The notes under the pieces were generated by a model. The model was not told the origin of the DNA, searched no databases, and saw only the letters and a program-made list of their open reading frames with translations. Below, in pieces: positions 10,273-20,447 of a stretch of DNA of 64,000 bases (positions within the stretch are counted from its first letter, which is position 1; the number at the start of each line of letters is the position of its first letter). Origin of the DNA: an uncultured Alphaproteobacteria bacterium. GTDB taxonomy: Bacteria > Pseudomonadota > Alphaproteobacteria > GCA-2731375. The position numbers and the translations under genes were made by a program. The stretch is from positions 386,557 to 450,556 of the forward strand of contig CATOSZ010000003.1 in NCBI GenBank assembly GCA_951812805.1, read 5' to 3'.

Positions 10273-10920
10273 CTAGGCTTCCGTGTCTATGTTCTGGCCC
10301 GTATCAGCCGTCTTCGGCGCCTTGGCGACGGCGACCATGGCGGGGCGCAGCAGGCGGCCGTGAATGGTGTAGCCGGCCGCCATGACCTGGATGATGGTTC
10401 CAGGTTCCGCCTCGCCGTCCTCGATCTGCACCATCGCCTGATGCAGGTTGGGATCGAGCTTGAGGCCGAGGGCCTCGATCTCCTGGACCTCGTGCTTCTC
10501 CAGCATCTGCTCCAACTGGCGGAGCGTCAGCTCGACCCCCTCGATCACCGCGGTTGCATCCCCTTCGGCATTCGCCTTGGCGGTGTCGATCGCGCGTTGC
10601 AGGTTGTCGGCCACGGTGAGCACGTCGCGGGCGAAACCGGTCGCGGCGAAGCGGCGCGCGTCGGCCACATCGCGCTCGGCGCGGCGGCGCACGTTCTCCG
10701 TCTCAGCCAGCGAGCGCAGCAGCTGATCCTTCAGCTCGGCGATGATCTCGTCCGGGGTCGGCTCGGCCGGCGGCGCCTCGTCCGCGCCGTCCTCGGGTGC
10801 GTTGCCATCGTCCCGGATCGTTTCATCATCGTCGTTCGCCGCTTCCGGCGTTTCCATCTCGTCCTTCTCGTCGCTCATATCGTCTCGATCTTCCTTGTTT
10901 GTGACGGCTTGCACGCTCAC
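10273..10920 (-). CDS. grpE: nucleotide exchange factor GrpE
   Basis: Acidic N-terminus followed by a GrpE core (LLRSLAETENVRRRAERD). GTG start overlaps the hrcA stop. Confidence 0.9.
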   Translation of the reverse strand: MSVQAVTNKEDRDDMSDEKDEMETPEAANDDDETIRDDGNAPEDGADEAPPAEPTPDEIIAELKDQLLRSLAETENVRRRAERDVADARRFAATGFARDVLTVADNLQRAIDTAKANAEGDATAVIEGVELTLRQLEQMLEKHEVQEIEALGLKLDPNLHQAMVQIEDGEAEPGTIIQVMAAGYTIHGRLLRPAMVAVAKAPKTADTGQNIDTEA

Positions 10921-11978
10921 CCGATCAACCGGCCGATCACCTGGGCGGTATAGTCGACCATCGGAATGATCCGCGCATAGTTCAGATGGGTCGGGCCGAT
11001 GACGCCGATCGCCCCCACCACGCGCTGCTGGCCGTCCGTATAGGGGGCCACCACCAGGGAGGAGCCGGAGAGGCTGAACAACCGGTTTTCCGAGCCGATG
11101 AAAATTCGCACGCCGTCGGCATCGCGTGCCAGATCCAGCATGCGCTGGTATTCCCGCGCATTCTCCAGATCGGCGAACAGCTGGCGCACCCGCTCCAGGT
11201 CGTCGACGGCGCTGACGTCGTCCAGCAGCTTCGAATGACCGCGCACGATCAGGCTACCCTCGTTGTCCTCGCCGGCCCAGGTCGCGAGGCCGGCCTCGAC
11301 GATCTTCTGCGTCAGCGCGTCGAGTTCGCTGCGCCGCGCCTCGAGTTCGGCCTGGATCAGGCCGCGCGCCTCCTCGAAGGTGCGGCCCTGTAGGCGGTGG
11401 TTCAGATAATTCGCCGCCTCGATCATGGCCGAGGGCGGTACCCCGGGGCCGAGCTCGATCAGCCGGTTCTCCACCACACCGGTCTCGGTCACCAGGACGA
11501 CGATCGCCCGCCCGGCGCCGAGGTGCACGAACTCGATATGCTTTAACGGCGTCTCGAACTTCGGCACGGCGACGACGCCGGCGCATTGCGAGAGGCCGGA
11601 GAGGATATCCGTCGCGCGCTGCAGCATGTCCTGCATGCTGTGGCCGCCGTCGGCGCAGCGCCCTTCGATCGAGGCGCGCTCGTCCTCGGTCAGGTCACCG
11701 ATCTCCAGCAGGCCGTCGACGAACATGCGCAGACCCAGGTCCGTCGGCAGGCGGCCGGCCGAGGTATGCGGGGCGTACAGCAGACCCGCCGCTTCCAGGT
11801 CCGACATGACGTTGCGGATCGAGGCCGGCGACAGCGTCACGCCCGGCAGACGCGAGAGGGTGCGGGAGCCGACCGGGGCGCCGTTGACCATGTAGGATTC
11901 GACGACGCCGCGGAAAATCTCCCGGCTCCGCTCGTCCAAACTGGTAATTCCAGGTTCCGCGCTCGCCTTCTCGTCCAT
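10917..11978 (-). CDS. hrcA: heat-inducible transcription repressor HrcA
   Basis: Starts MDEKASAEPGITSLDERSREIF, matching a typical HrcA N-terminal wHTH; hrcA-grpE arrangement. The track ORF is extended 5' by 59 codons. Confidence 0.9.
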   Translation of the reverse strand: MDEKASAEPGITSLDERSREIFRGVVESYMVNGAPVGSRTLSRLPGVTLSPASIRNVMSDLEAAGLLYAPHTSAGRLPTDLGLRMFVDGLLEIGDLTEDERASIEGRCADGGHSMQDMLQRATDILSGLSQCAGVVAVPKFETPLKHIEFVHLGAGRAIVVLVTETGVVENRLIELGPGVPPSAMIEAANYLNHRLQGRTFEEARGLIQAELEARRSELDALTQKIVEAGLATWAGEDNEGSLIVRGHSKLLDDVSAVDDLERVRQLFADLENAREYQRMLDLARDADGVRIFIGSENRLFSLSGSSLVVAPYTDGQQRVVGAIGVIGPTHLNYARIIPMVDYTAQVIGRLIG

Positions 11979-12139
11979 CGTCCCGGACCCTCTGGGCCCT
12001 CTCCCTTTGCCTCGCGCCGGGAATGTAGTTACGGGCCCCGGAGGCGTCAACGCGCAGGGCGTCCGCCGGTGTGATTTTCCATCGTGGGCAAAATCGCTTA
12101 GAACCCGCCTCTGACGCCGAGCAGGGAAGGATCGAGACC

Positions 12140-12865
12140 ATGGCAGAACGACCATCGGGACGCGCAGCCGACGAGATGCGCAAGGTGAGCCTCGAGCCCG
12201 GCTTCGCCAAGCATGCGGAAGGCTCCTGCCTGGTCCGCTTCGGCGATACCCACGTGCTCTGCTGTGCCAGCCTGGACGAGCGAGTGCCGCCCTGGCTGCG
12301 CAACCAGGGCCGCGGCTGGGTGACGGCGGAATACGGCATGCTGCCGCGCTCGACCCACACCCGCACCGACCGGGAAGCCGCCCGCGGCCGGCAGAGCGGA
12401 CGCACCCAGGAAATCCAACGCCTGATCGGCCGCGCGCTGCGCGCGGTGACCCGCCTCGAGGATATGGGCGAGCGGCAGATCCGCCTCGACTGCGACGTCC
12501 TGCAGGCCGACGGCGGCACCCGCACCGCGGCGATCACCGGAGCCTGGGTCGCGCTGCACTACGCCTTTGCGCACATGCGGGCGAAGAAGCTGATCGAGAC
12601 GATGCCGCTGCACGACCACGTCGCCGCCATTTCCTGCGGCATCTACAAGGGTGCGGCGGTGCTGGACCTGGACTATGCCGAGGATTCGAACGCCGGCGCC
12701 GATGCGAACTTCGTGCTGACCGGGACGGGTGGCATCGTCGAAGTGCAGGTCACGGCCGAGGACGTGGCCTTCTCCCGCGCCGAACTCGACCGATTGCTCG
12801 ACCTCGCGACGGGGGCCGTCGGCGACCTCGTCGGCTTGCAGAAGCAGGCGATCGGGGAAGGGTGA
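12140..12865 (+). CDS. rph: ribonuclease PH
   Basis: Starts [41 protein letters not shown], a canonical Rph N-terminus; divergent from hrcA. Confidence 0.9.
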   Translation: MAERPSGRAADEMRKVSLEPGFAKHAEGSCLVRFGDTHVLCCASLDERVPPWLRNQGRGWVTAEYGMLPRSTHTRTDREAARGRQSGRTQEIQRLIGRALRAVTRLEDMGERQIRLDCDVLQADGGTRTAAITGAWVALHYAFAHMRAKKLIETMPLHDHVAAISCGIYKGAAVLDLDYAEDSNAGADANFVLTGTGGIVEVQVTAEDVAFSRAELDRLLDLATGAVGDLVGLQKQAIGEG

Positions 12866-13488
12866 GTGCTACGATGGCGGCACGGATCTTCGATGGCGAT
12901 CGGCTGGTGGTGGCCAGCCACAACGCCGGCAAGGTCGTAGAAATCGAAGACCTGCTGGCACCGTTCGCCGTCACCTGCCTGTCCGCCGGCGCCCTGGGCC
13001 TGGCGGAGCCGGAGGAAACCGGCACCACCTTCGAGGCCAATGCCGAGCTGAAGGCCCACGCGGCAGCGATATCCGCGGACCTGCCGGCGCTCGCCGATGA
13101 TTCCGGCCTCGTCGTCGACGCCCTCGACGGCGCCCCGGGCATCTACTCGGCACGCTGGGGCGGACCGACGCGCGACTTCGACCACGCGATGGCCGAGGTC
13201 GAGCGCTGCCTGCGCGAGGCGGGCGCCTTGGCGATAGAACAACGGAGCGCTCATTTCATCAGCGCCCTGACCCTGGCCTGGCCCGATGGCCACGTCGAGA
13301 CGGTGACCGGGCGGGTCGACGGCCAGCTGGTCTGGCCGCCCCGGGGGGATCGCGGCTTCGGCTATGACCCGATGTTCCAGCCCGAAAATGCCGGCCTGAC
13401 CTTCGGCGAAATGGACCCGGCGGAAAAACACGCCATCAGCCACCGGGCCGACGCCTTCGCCAAGCTGATCGATGCCTGCTTCCGCTGA
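12862..13488 (+). CDS. rdgB: non-canonical purine NTP pyrophosphatase RdgB/HAM1
   Basis: Ham1 family motifs ([19 protein letters not shown]); immediately follows rph. Confidence 0.9.
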   Translation: MSATMAARIFDGDRLVVASHNAGKVVEIEDLLAPFAVTCLSAGALGLAEPEETGTTFEANAELKAHAAAISADLPALADDSGLVVDALDGAPGIYSARWGGPTRDFDHAMAEVERCLREAGALAIEQRSAHFISALTLAWPDGHVETVTGRVDGQLVWPPRGDRGFGYDPMFQPENAGLTFGEMDPAEKHAISHRADAFAKLIDACFR

Positions 13489-14644
13489 CCGCCCGGGCGC
13501 GCCGCTGGCAATCTATGTCCATTGGCCGTTCTGCCGGGTGAAATGCCCCTATTGCGACTTCAACAGTCATGTCCGCGACGGCGTCGACCAGGCCGACTGG
13601 CGCGCCGCCTACAGGGCGGAGATCGCCTGGTGGGCCGAACGCGTGGGCAACCGGCCCGCTGCCTCCATCTTCTTCGGTGGCGGTACGCCGTCGCTGATGG
13701 ACGAGGCGACCGTCGCCGCCGTGCTGGCGGCGATCGAGACCCACTTCGGCGTCACCGAAGACGTGGAGATTACCCTCGAGGCCAATCCCACGTCGGTGGA
13801 AGCGGCCCGCTTCGCCGGCTACCGGGCGGCCGGCGTCAACCGGGTTTCGATCGGGGTGCAGGCGCTGGAGGACGACGCGCTCGCCGCGCTCGGCCGCGAG
13901 CATTCGGCGGCCGAGGCCCGCGCGGCGGTCGAGCTCGCCGGGCGGATCTTTCCGCGCCATTCGCTGGATCTGATCTACGCCCGACCGGGACAAAGCGTCG
14001 CCGCCTGGCGGGCGGAGTTGGACCAGGCCCTGGCGCTCGCGGGCGAACACCTCTCGCTCTATCAGCTGACCATCGAGGCCGGCACGGCATTTCACACCGC
14101 GCACCGCCTAGGCCGGCTGCACCTGCCGGAGGAAGACGTGCAGGAAGCCCTGCTGGAGACGACCTGGCAGGTGACGGCCGAGGCGGGCCTGCCGGCCTAT
14201 GAGATTTCCAATCACGCCCGGCCGGGGGCGGAGAGCCGGCACAACCTCGCCTACTGGCGCGGCGGCGACTATGTCGGCATCGGGCCCGGCGCGCACGGCC
14301 GGCTGACGTTCGACGGCCGGCGACACGCGACCGTCGCCCACCGCCTGCCCGAACGCTGGCGCCAGGCGGTTCTCGACGCAGGGCATGGCCGGGAAAGCGA
14401 GGACGCGCTGGCGCCCCACATCGCGGCGGAAGAAGCCCTGATGATGGGGCTGCGCCTCGTCGAAGGCGTCGCGCGGGCCCGCTTCGACGGCACCGCCGTC
14501 GCCCGGCTGGAAGAGATGGTGAACAGCGACGCCCTCGACCGACTGGTCGAGGGCGGCTTCGTCGACGTGACGGCGGACCGCCTGCGCGCAACGCCCCAGG
14601 GGCGACGTGTCCTGAACGCGGTGCTGGCCGAACTGATCGCCTGA
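13472..14644 (+). CDS. hemW: radical SAM heme chaperone HemW (HemN-like)
   Basis: CxxxCxxC radical SAM motif ([13 protein letters not shown]); rph-rdgB-hemW synteny. Confidence 0.85.
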   Translation: MPASADRPGAPLAIYVHWPFCRVKCPYCDFNSHVRDGVDQADWRAAYRAEIAWWAERVGNRPAASIFFGGGTPSLMDEATVAAVLAAIETHFGVTEDVEITLEANPTSVEAARFAGYRAAGVNRVSIGVQALEDDALAALGREHSAAEARAAVELAGRIFPRHSLDLIYARPGQSVAAWRAELDQALALAGEHLSLYQLTIEAGTAFHTAHRLGRLHLPEEDVQEALLETTWQVTAEAGLPAYEISNHARPGAESRHNLAYWRGGDYVGIGPGAHGRLTFDGRRHATVAHRLPERWRQAVLDAGHGRESEDALAPHIAAEEALMMGLRLVEGVARARFDGTAVARLEEMVNSDALDRLVEGGFVDVTADRLRATPQGRRVLNAVLAELIA

Positions 14645-14648
14645 TGCC

Positions 14649-15614
14649 CTACAGCACCTCGGAGTTGATCACGTTCGCCGGGTCGAGCTTGCCGTCGAAA
14701 CAGTCGACGACGTTCTGCGCCGAATTGGCGCCCATGCGGAACATGCTTTCCACCGTGACGCCGGCGGAATGCGGGCTCACCAGGATGTTGTCGTGGCGGA
14801 AGAGCGGGTTCTCCGGCACCGCCGGCTCGACCACGAAGGGATCGATGCCGGCGCCGGCGATGAGGTGCCGCTCTAGCGCGTCGTCGAGCGCCGCTTCGTC
14901 GATGATGCCGCCGCGCGCCGTGTTGACCACGAAGGCCTCCTTGCCCATCGCCTCCAGCTCGGCCGTGGCGACCATGCCCGTCGTCTCCTCGTTCTTCGGA
15001 CAGTTGACCGAGAGGAAGTCGATCTCGCCGAGTTTCGCCCGCCAATCGTCGACCGGCGTCGCGCCCGCGGTGGCGATGGCGTCCTGGATCACATAGGGAT
15101 CGTGCACCAGCACCTCCATCTCCATGGCGACACAGCGCTTGACCAGGCGGCGGCCGATGCGCCCGAAGCCGAGGATCAGCACCGTGCGCCCGGCGAGGTC
15201 GAAGGCCGGCTGTTCGAACCGGATGTTCCAGTTGCCCGCGCGCGTCTCCCGGTCGTAGCGCACCGCCTGCTTGGCCAGCGCCATCATGAAGAAGAGGGAA
15301 TGTTCCGCCACGGTGACGGAGTTGGCCGTCCCGGCGACGGCGAGCGGCACGCCGTGATCGGTCAGCGCCGGCACGTCGACGGCGTCATAGCCGACCCCGT
15401 GGCGAGCGACGATCTTCAGCTTGTCCGCCTTCTCGATGATGCGCCGGGTGAAGGGCGCGATACCGAGGATGGCGGCATCGTAGTTGGCGATATGCTGGAG
15501 GATGTTCTCCTCCGATAACTCGGTAAAGCGGTCGTACTCGACATCGTCGCGGGCGTCGAACACGGACTTGATGCCATCGGTGATCGGCATCTGGATCATC
15601 ACACGGTAGGCCAT
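14649..15614 (-). CDS. D-isomer-specific 2-hydroxyacid dehydrogenase (PGDH/hydroxypyruvate reductase-like)
   Basis: Real start MAYRVMIQ. NAD-binding GFGRIGRR motif and catalytic domain sequence. The 5' extension in the track is an artefact. Confidence 0.8.
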   Translation of the reverse strand: MAYRVMIQMPITDGIKSVFDARDDVEYDRFTELSEENILQHIANYDAAILGIAPFTRRIIEKADKLKIVARHGVGYDAVDVPALTDHGVPLAVAGTANSVTVAEHSLFFMMALAKQAVRYDRETRAGNWNIRFEQPAFDLAGRTVLILGFGRIGRRLVKRCVAMEMEVLVHDPYVIQDAIATAGATPVDDWRAKLGEIDFLSVNCPKNEETTGMVATAELEAMGKEAFVVNTARGGIIDEAALDDALERHLIAGAGIDPFVVEPAVPENPLFRHDNILVSPHSAGVTVESMFRMGANSAQNVVDCFDGKLDPANVINSEVL

Positions 15615-15619
15615 GTCGC

Positions 15620-16441
15620 TCACTCCCCTGCGGCCGCGGCTTTGTCGAGGGCTTCCCAATCGAACATCGCCGGCTCCTTGTCGGCGAAGCGGCGGATCGC
15701 CTCGGTGTGATAGGGGCTGGTGCGGGCGACCGCCTGGCCGCTCGCTTCCAGCTCCAGCAAGGTGCGGTGGTCGAGATTGAAGGACTGGTTCAGCACGTTC
15801 TTGGCGACGCCGATCGCCGTGGTCGACGCGTGGCGGAACCGGCCGGCGAAGGCGCGGGCGGCGCCGAGCGCGTCCTCCTCCGGCACGATGTCGTAGATCA
15901 GGCCCATCTGCTTGGCTTCTTCCGCATAGACGCGGCGCGCGGTGAAGACCAGCTCCTTCGCTTTCTGCAGGCCGACCAGGCGGGGCAGGATGTAGAAGCC
16001 GCTCCAATCCGGTACCAGACCGATGCGGCCGAAGGCCTGCATGAAGAAGGAACGCGGCGTCGCCAGCACGAAGTCCGCAGCGAGCGCGATGTTGGCGCCG
16101 GCCCCGGCAGCGGGCCCGTTCACCAGGCTGACCACGGGCAATTCCAGATTAAGAATGTCGTACATCAGCTGATGGTCGCTGCGCAGCGCCTGGCGCGCGT
16201 CGAGCGGGCTGCCCAGCCGGTTGTTCATGGTCTTCACGTCGCCGCCGGCGGAAAACGCCCGCCCGGCGCCGGTCAGGATCACCACCTTGATCTCGTCGCC
16301 GGCCTTTTCCTTGATCGTCGTCACCGCCTCGCGCAGGCCGGCGCGAATTTCCGGGCTCAACGCGTTCAGCGCGTCCGGCCGGTTCATGGTGACCGTGGCG
16401 ATCTCGTCCTCGACCTCGAACAGAACCATTTCAGAACTCAT
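15620..16441 (-). CDS. enoyl-CoA hydratase/isomerase family protein
   Basis: Crotonase fold motifs (VILTGAGRAFSAGGD). Start is MSSEMVLF, with a GGAGGA RBS on the minus strand. Confidence 0.8.
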   Translation of the reverse strand: MSSEMVLFEVEDEIATVTMNRPDALNALSPEIRAGLREAVTTIKEKAGDEIKVVILTGAGRAFSAGGDVKTMNNRLGSPLDARQALRSDHQLMYDILNLELPVVSLVNGPAAGAGANIALAADFVLATPRSFFMQAFGRIGLVPDWSGFYILPRLVGLQKAKELVFTARRVYAEEAKQMGLIYDIVPEEDALGAARAFAGRFRHASTTAIGVAKNVLNQSFNLDHRTLLELEASGQAVARTSPYHTEAIRRFADKEPAMFDWEALDKAAAAGE

Positions 16442-16556
16442 AATCTTCCTCCTCCCCGGCGTTTCGGCCCTTGACCTAGCACGATCGGGTGGCGGGAGAA
16501 CAGGGCGCGACGGGTTTGCTAGGATCGCGCCGGTAAGAGACGAGGGAGGAACGACA

Positions 16557-17093
16557 ATGAGCGACGACATGGCCCGCGTGGCCGACCGGCTGGCCATCCA
16601 GGATCTGATGGCCACCTATGCACAGGGCGTCGACCGGCGCGATTGGGCGGCTGTGCGCAATACCTTCCATCCCGACGCCAGCGACGACCACGGCGACTAC
16701 AAGGGCGGCGTCGACGGCTTCATCGACTGGGTCAGCCAGCGCCACGCCGGCATCGAACAATCGATGCATTTCCTCGGCAATTGCCGCATCGAGTTCGCGA
16801 CCGAGACGCGCGCCGTGGTCGAGACCTATTACTTCGTGCGCCAACGCTCGCCCGGCGACGTGCTGCTCGGCGGCGACCGGGCGGCGGGCGAGGTCGATGT
16901 CGAGATTTTCGGCCGCTACATCGACATCGTCGAGAAGCGCGACGGCGCCTGGCGCACGGCCCGGCGCACCGTCGCCTTCGAAGGCATGCGCCACTGGCCG
17001 TGGCAAGGCACCCCGATTCCCGACGGCTGGGCCCGGGCCAGCCGCGACGGTGACGACCCGCTGCATGCCGTCCGGCGGGCAGCGGGGCTCTGA
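16557..17093 (+). CDS. NTF2-like / SnoaL-like family protein
   Basis: ~178 aa with a GAGGGAGGA RBS. Weak family resemblance only. Confidence 0.5.
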   Translation: MSDDMARVADRLAIQDLMATYAQGVDRRDWAAVRNTFHPDASDDHGDYKGGVDGFIDWVSQRHAGIEQSMHFLGNCRIEFATETRAVVETYYFVRQRSPGDVLLGGDRAAGEVDVEIFGRYIDIVEKRDGAWRTARRTVAFEGMRHWPWQGTPIPDGWARASRDGDDPLHAVRRAAGL

Positions 17094-17106
17094 AATCGGA
17101 TCGAGC

Positions 17107-17814
17107 CTATTCAGGCTCGAGGCGGCGGCCCAGGAAACCGTGACACAGGATGAGCCAGAGGATCTTGCAGCCCGCACCGATCGTGCCGCGCACCGTGCCG
17201 GAGATCTTCGAGCGCCCGATCCGCGCCCGGTAGCGGACCGGCACCTCACGGACCGTCATCCCTTTGCGCAGCGCCTTGATCTGCATCTCGACCGTCCAGC
17301 CATAGTCCCGGTCCCGCATGGCGAGGCGGCTGAGCGCCTCCACCCGTATGGCCCGGAACGGTCCGAGGTCCGAATAGGACGCCCGCCACAACACCCGCAT
17401 CAGCAGGCAGGCCAAGGCATTGCCGAAGCGCTGCTGCGGGGTCAGCGCGCGACGACCGCCCGCCGTCATCACGCGGGAGCCGATGACGAGGTCCGCCGAG
17501 CCGCTGAGCAGCGGCGCGACCAGACGCGCCATATCCTCCGGGTAATCGCTGAAGTCGGCATCCAGGAAGACGACGATATCGACCGGCGGCAGCGCGGCGA
17601 GGCCCGCGAGACAGGCCGCGCCGTAGCCGCGCCGCGGCTCGGCCACCACCGTCGCGCCCATCGCCCGGGCGATCGCGGCGGTGCGGTCGCGTGAGCCATT
17701 GTCGGCGACGACGGCCACATCGACCCAGGCGGGAAGCGCCGCCAGGACCTTGCCGATGGCGGCTTCCTCGTCCAGGGCGGGAATGACCGTCGCAATTCTC
17801 CGGCCGTCCTTCAT
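17107..17814 (-). CDS. GT2 polyprenyl-phosphate glycosyltransferase (DPM1/GtrB/ArnC-like)
   Basis: Starts MKDGRRIATVIPALDEEAAIGKV; contains the DADFSD DxD-type motif. GGAGGA RBS. Last gene of the three-gene operon. Confidence 0.8.
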   Translation of the reverse strand: MKDGRRIATVIPALDEEAAIGKVLAALPAWVDVAVVADNGSRDRTAAIARAMGATVVAEPRRGYGAACLAGLAALPPVDIVVFLDADFSDYPEDMARLVAPLLSGSADLVIGSRVMTAGGRRALTPQQRFGNALACLLMRVLWRASYSDLGPFRAIRVEALSRLAMRDRDYGWTVEMQIKALRKGMTVREVPVRYRARIGRSKISGTVRGTIGAGCKILWLILCHGFLGRRLEPE

Positions 17815-17837
17815 CCTCGTTCCTCCGATACCTGTGG

Positions 17838-19203
17838 TCATGGCCGAAACGCCATGCGTCCGCGCAGCGCCTGCCAGGCCAGCAGGGCCAGCACCGGCGC
17901 GAACTCGACGGCGACGACGACGGTTTCGAAGACCTCGCCCTGCCCGCGGGCTTCGAGGGGAAAGCGCAAGTAATAGAGCGGCAACATCACGGTGAGGGCC
18001 ATCAGCCCGGGGACCGGCAGAATAGCCAGCAGCGGCGCGAACCAGGTGAAGTACCAGGGATAGCCGGTCGGGCTCACCAGGAACAACGCGGCGGTGACGA
18101 ATAGGACGCGCCGCGCGAGGTCGATCGGATCCCGGGCTGGCCGGATGTTCAAGGCAAGGGCGAGCGCCAGCACAACCCCGACCGCGAGCAGACGCGCAAG
18201 CTGCCCGGCATCCAGGCGGGAAATCGCCAAGTAATCGGCGAGGCCATTCACCCCCTCCCACACCAGGGTGAAGAGCGCGGCGTTCCGCCGCCATTCCCGG
18301 CCGTAAGCGACGAAGCCGGAGCCGTCGTCGAGTGCGCCCAGTAGGACCGGCAGGAAGAGCACACCGCTCGCCGCCGCGAACAGCTGCCGGGGCCGCCCGA
18401 GCCAGGACCGCAGCAGGACCGGCAACAACAAGACGGGCCAAAGCTTCACCGCCGTCGCGAGGGCGAGCAGGCCGCTCGCCAGAACCGGACGGCGGCGGAT
18501 CGCCAGCAGCAGGGCGCCCAGGACGAAGGGCAGCAGAATGCCGTCCATGTGCGCCGAATTCACCAATTCCTTGGCGATCAGCGGGTTCCACCAATAGAGC
18601 GCGGCCCACAGCGGCGAACGTCCCGTCTCGCGCAGCAGCTGAAGCAACACGACCAGGCCCACCGCCTCCGCCGTCAGCAGCACGAGGCGCAGGGCATCCA
18701 GGCTCCACGGCTCCAACAGGTGCGCGAGGAGGAAGACGGCCTGGGCGAGGGCGGGATAGATGGTGCGGAGATCGGGGTAGGTGACCCGCTCGACCACGCC
18801 GCCCGAGGCCTCACCGAGCGCCAGCCACTCGGCCGGCGCCACCCCCGCGACGACGTCGGCGGGCGCGACGGCGAAGGGGTCGAGGCCGGCGGCCACGGCC
18901 GCCCCGTCCCAGAGATAGCGATAGAAGTCGTCCTCGAAGATCGGCGCCGATGCCAGATACACCAGCCGCAACGCCAGCCCGACCAGCAGCATGACGAGGA
19001 TGGCTTGCCGGTCCAACGGCACCCGCGGCAACACCGCGGGCAGGGTCATATAGGCGACCCCGCCGGCCATCATCAGACCCACCACCAGGAACGAGGCATC
19101 GAAGGGCAGGCCGAGGCCGGCCGGCGGCAGCCGCGAGGCCACCGCCAGGGCGACGGCCGACAGGATTATCGCGCCGGCGACGACCGCGGCGGAGCGTCCC
19201 ATC
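17838..19203 (-). CDS. polytopic membrane glycosyltransferase-like protein (GT-C-like, DUF2029/GT87-type)
   Basis: ~455 aa with many TM helices, typical of lipid-linked-sugar dependent GT-C enzymes. Ends 24 nt before the GT2 gene. Confidence 0.5.
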
Positions 19204-19224
19204 CCCGGCCGCCTCCCGCGCTGT

Positions 19225-20150
19225 CTAGCTGCCGCCGCTGTAGTAGGAATCCTCCGAGACGGTGTTGCGCCTGACACGGACCCGCCGGGGGCTCGCGTCG
19301 TTCAGCCGCCAATCGTAACTGTCGTCGGCGATGGTGGTGGACCGACGCAGCCGGTTCGCGAGATCCGGCCCGGCATATTTACGCAGGTGCGCGACGATCC
19401 CGCCATCCGCCGCGAAATCCGCCTCGAACCAGCGATAGAGGCTGGAGACGTAGAGCTGCCCGCCCCGAATCTGGGCGCCCCGGGCGTCGTTGACGTAGGC
19501 GCGGGCGCCCTCGTCCAGATAGGCCTCCGCGGTCGTGGCGGTGACCGCCCGGTCGGTCAGGTCCGGGCAGCCGATCGAGGCGCAGTTGACCGCATAGTGG
19601 ATCCGCGGGTCGCGCCAGATGGGGCGGAGAATGCGATGCTCGATATCGTCGAGAGAGACGGCTTGCCCCTCGATCGTCACCAGCTTCTTGCCCCACGGCC
19701 CGTCCGTGAACCAGCCGGGTGAGATGTCGATATCGCGAATGCCGGCGACCGGATAATGCTCGAGGATCACCCAGACCGTGATCGCATTATAGAGATTGAT
19801 CCAATAGGCCAGCTGCTCGGCGCGATTGTAGGTGCTTATCGGAAGCGCCGCCAAACCACCGAGATAGCGCCCGAGTTCCGCCTTGTCGCTCCGCGTGACC
19901 TTGCCGTAGGCTACGAGGTTGGCCCCGTCGGGCCGAACGCGGACAAAGCGTTTGAGGAAGGAGTCCCAGGCCCCGTGGTCGATGCGGGTCCGCGCGTCGG
20001 GGTCGTGTGCCGACCAGCGTTCCCAAAGCTCGGCACGGGGCGCGGCGGTACTCCAGGTGGACGTAGCGAACGTCAAGGCGACCGCAGCCAGCACGCCGAG
20101 CGCCGCCTGCGCTGCCATTCCCCAGGGTTTCGACGAGATTGCATCCATGG
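19225..20150 (-). CDS. DUF547-like domain protein (secreted/periplasmic)
   Basis: Starts MDAISSKPWGMAAQAALGVLAAVALTFA (signal peptide) with a GGGAGGA RBS. First gene of the operon. The DUF547 assignment is from memory, not verified. Confidence 0.5.
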
Positions 20151-20447
20151 CCCTATTCCTCCCGATTGTCGATGTCGATCGGCTCTCCTCATATCTGGGC
20201 AGCGGCTGCCGGGGATTGAATTCAAGGCACGTCACAAGCGCGTGTGGGACGAGAGCGCGGTTCGCCGTGTCGAAGGGCGGGGAGAACGGTGTGGGCGCGC
20301 CGTCCCGAGGAATTGGCCGTCACAGCTTTGCCTCGTTGGCAATGCTCCATGCGACAGCCCAATTGGGACACCTCTGGATGCGCGACGAATTACTAGAGTG
20401 CCCCCTCCTCCTAAGTTAAACTCGCGGCGGGGAAGGATCGAGATGGC

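Noticed and set aside
11980-12139. Searched the hrcA/rph divergent region for a CIRCE element (TTAGCACTC-N9-GAGTGCTAA)
   Set aside because: No acceptable match, only a weak cgcttagaacc fragment. CIRCE is probably upstream of groESL elsewhere.
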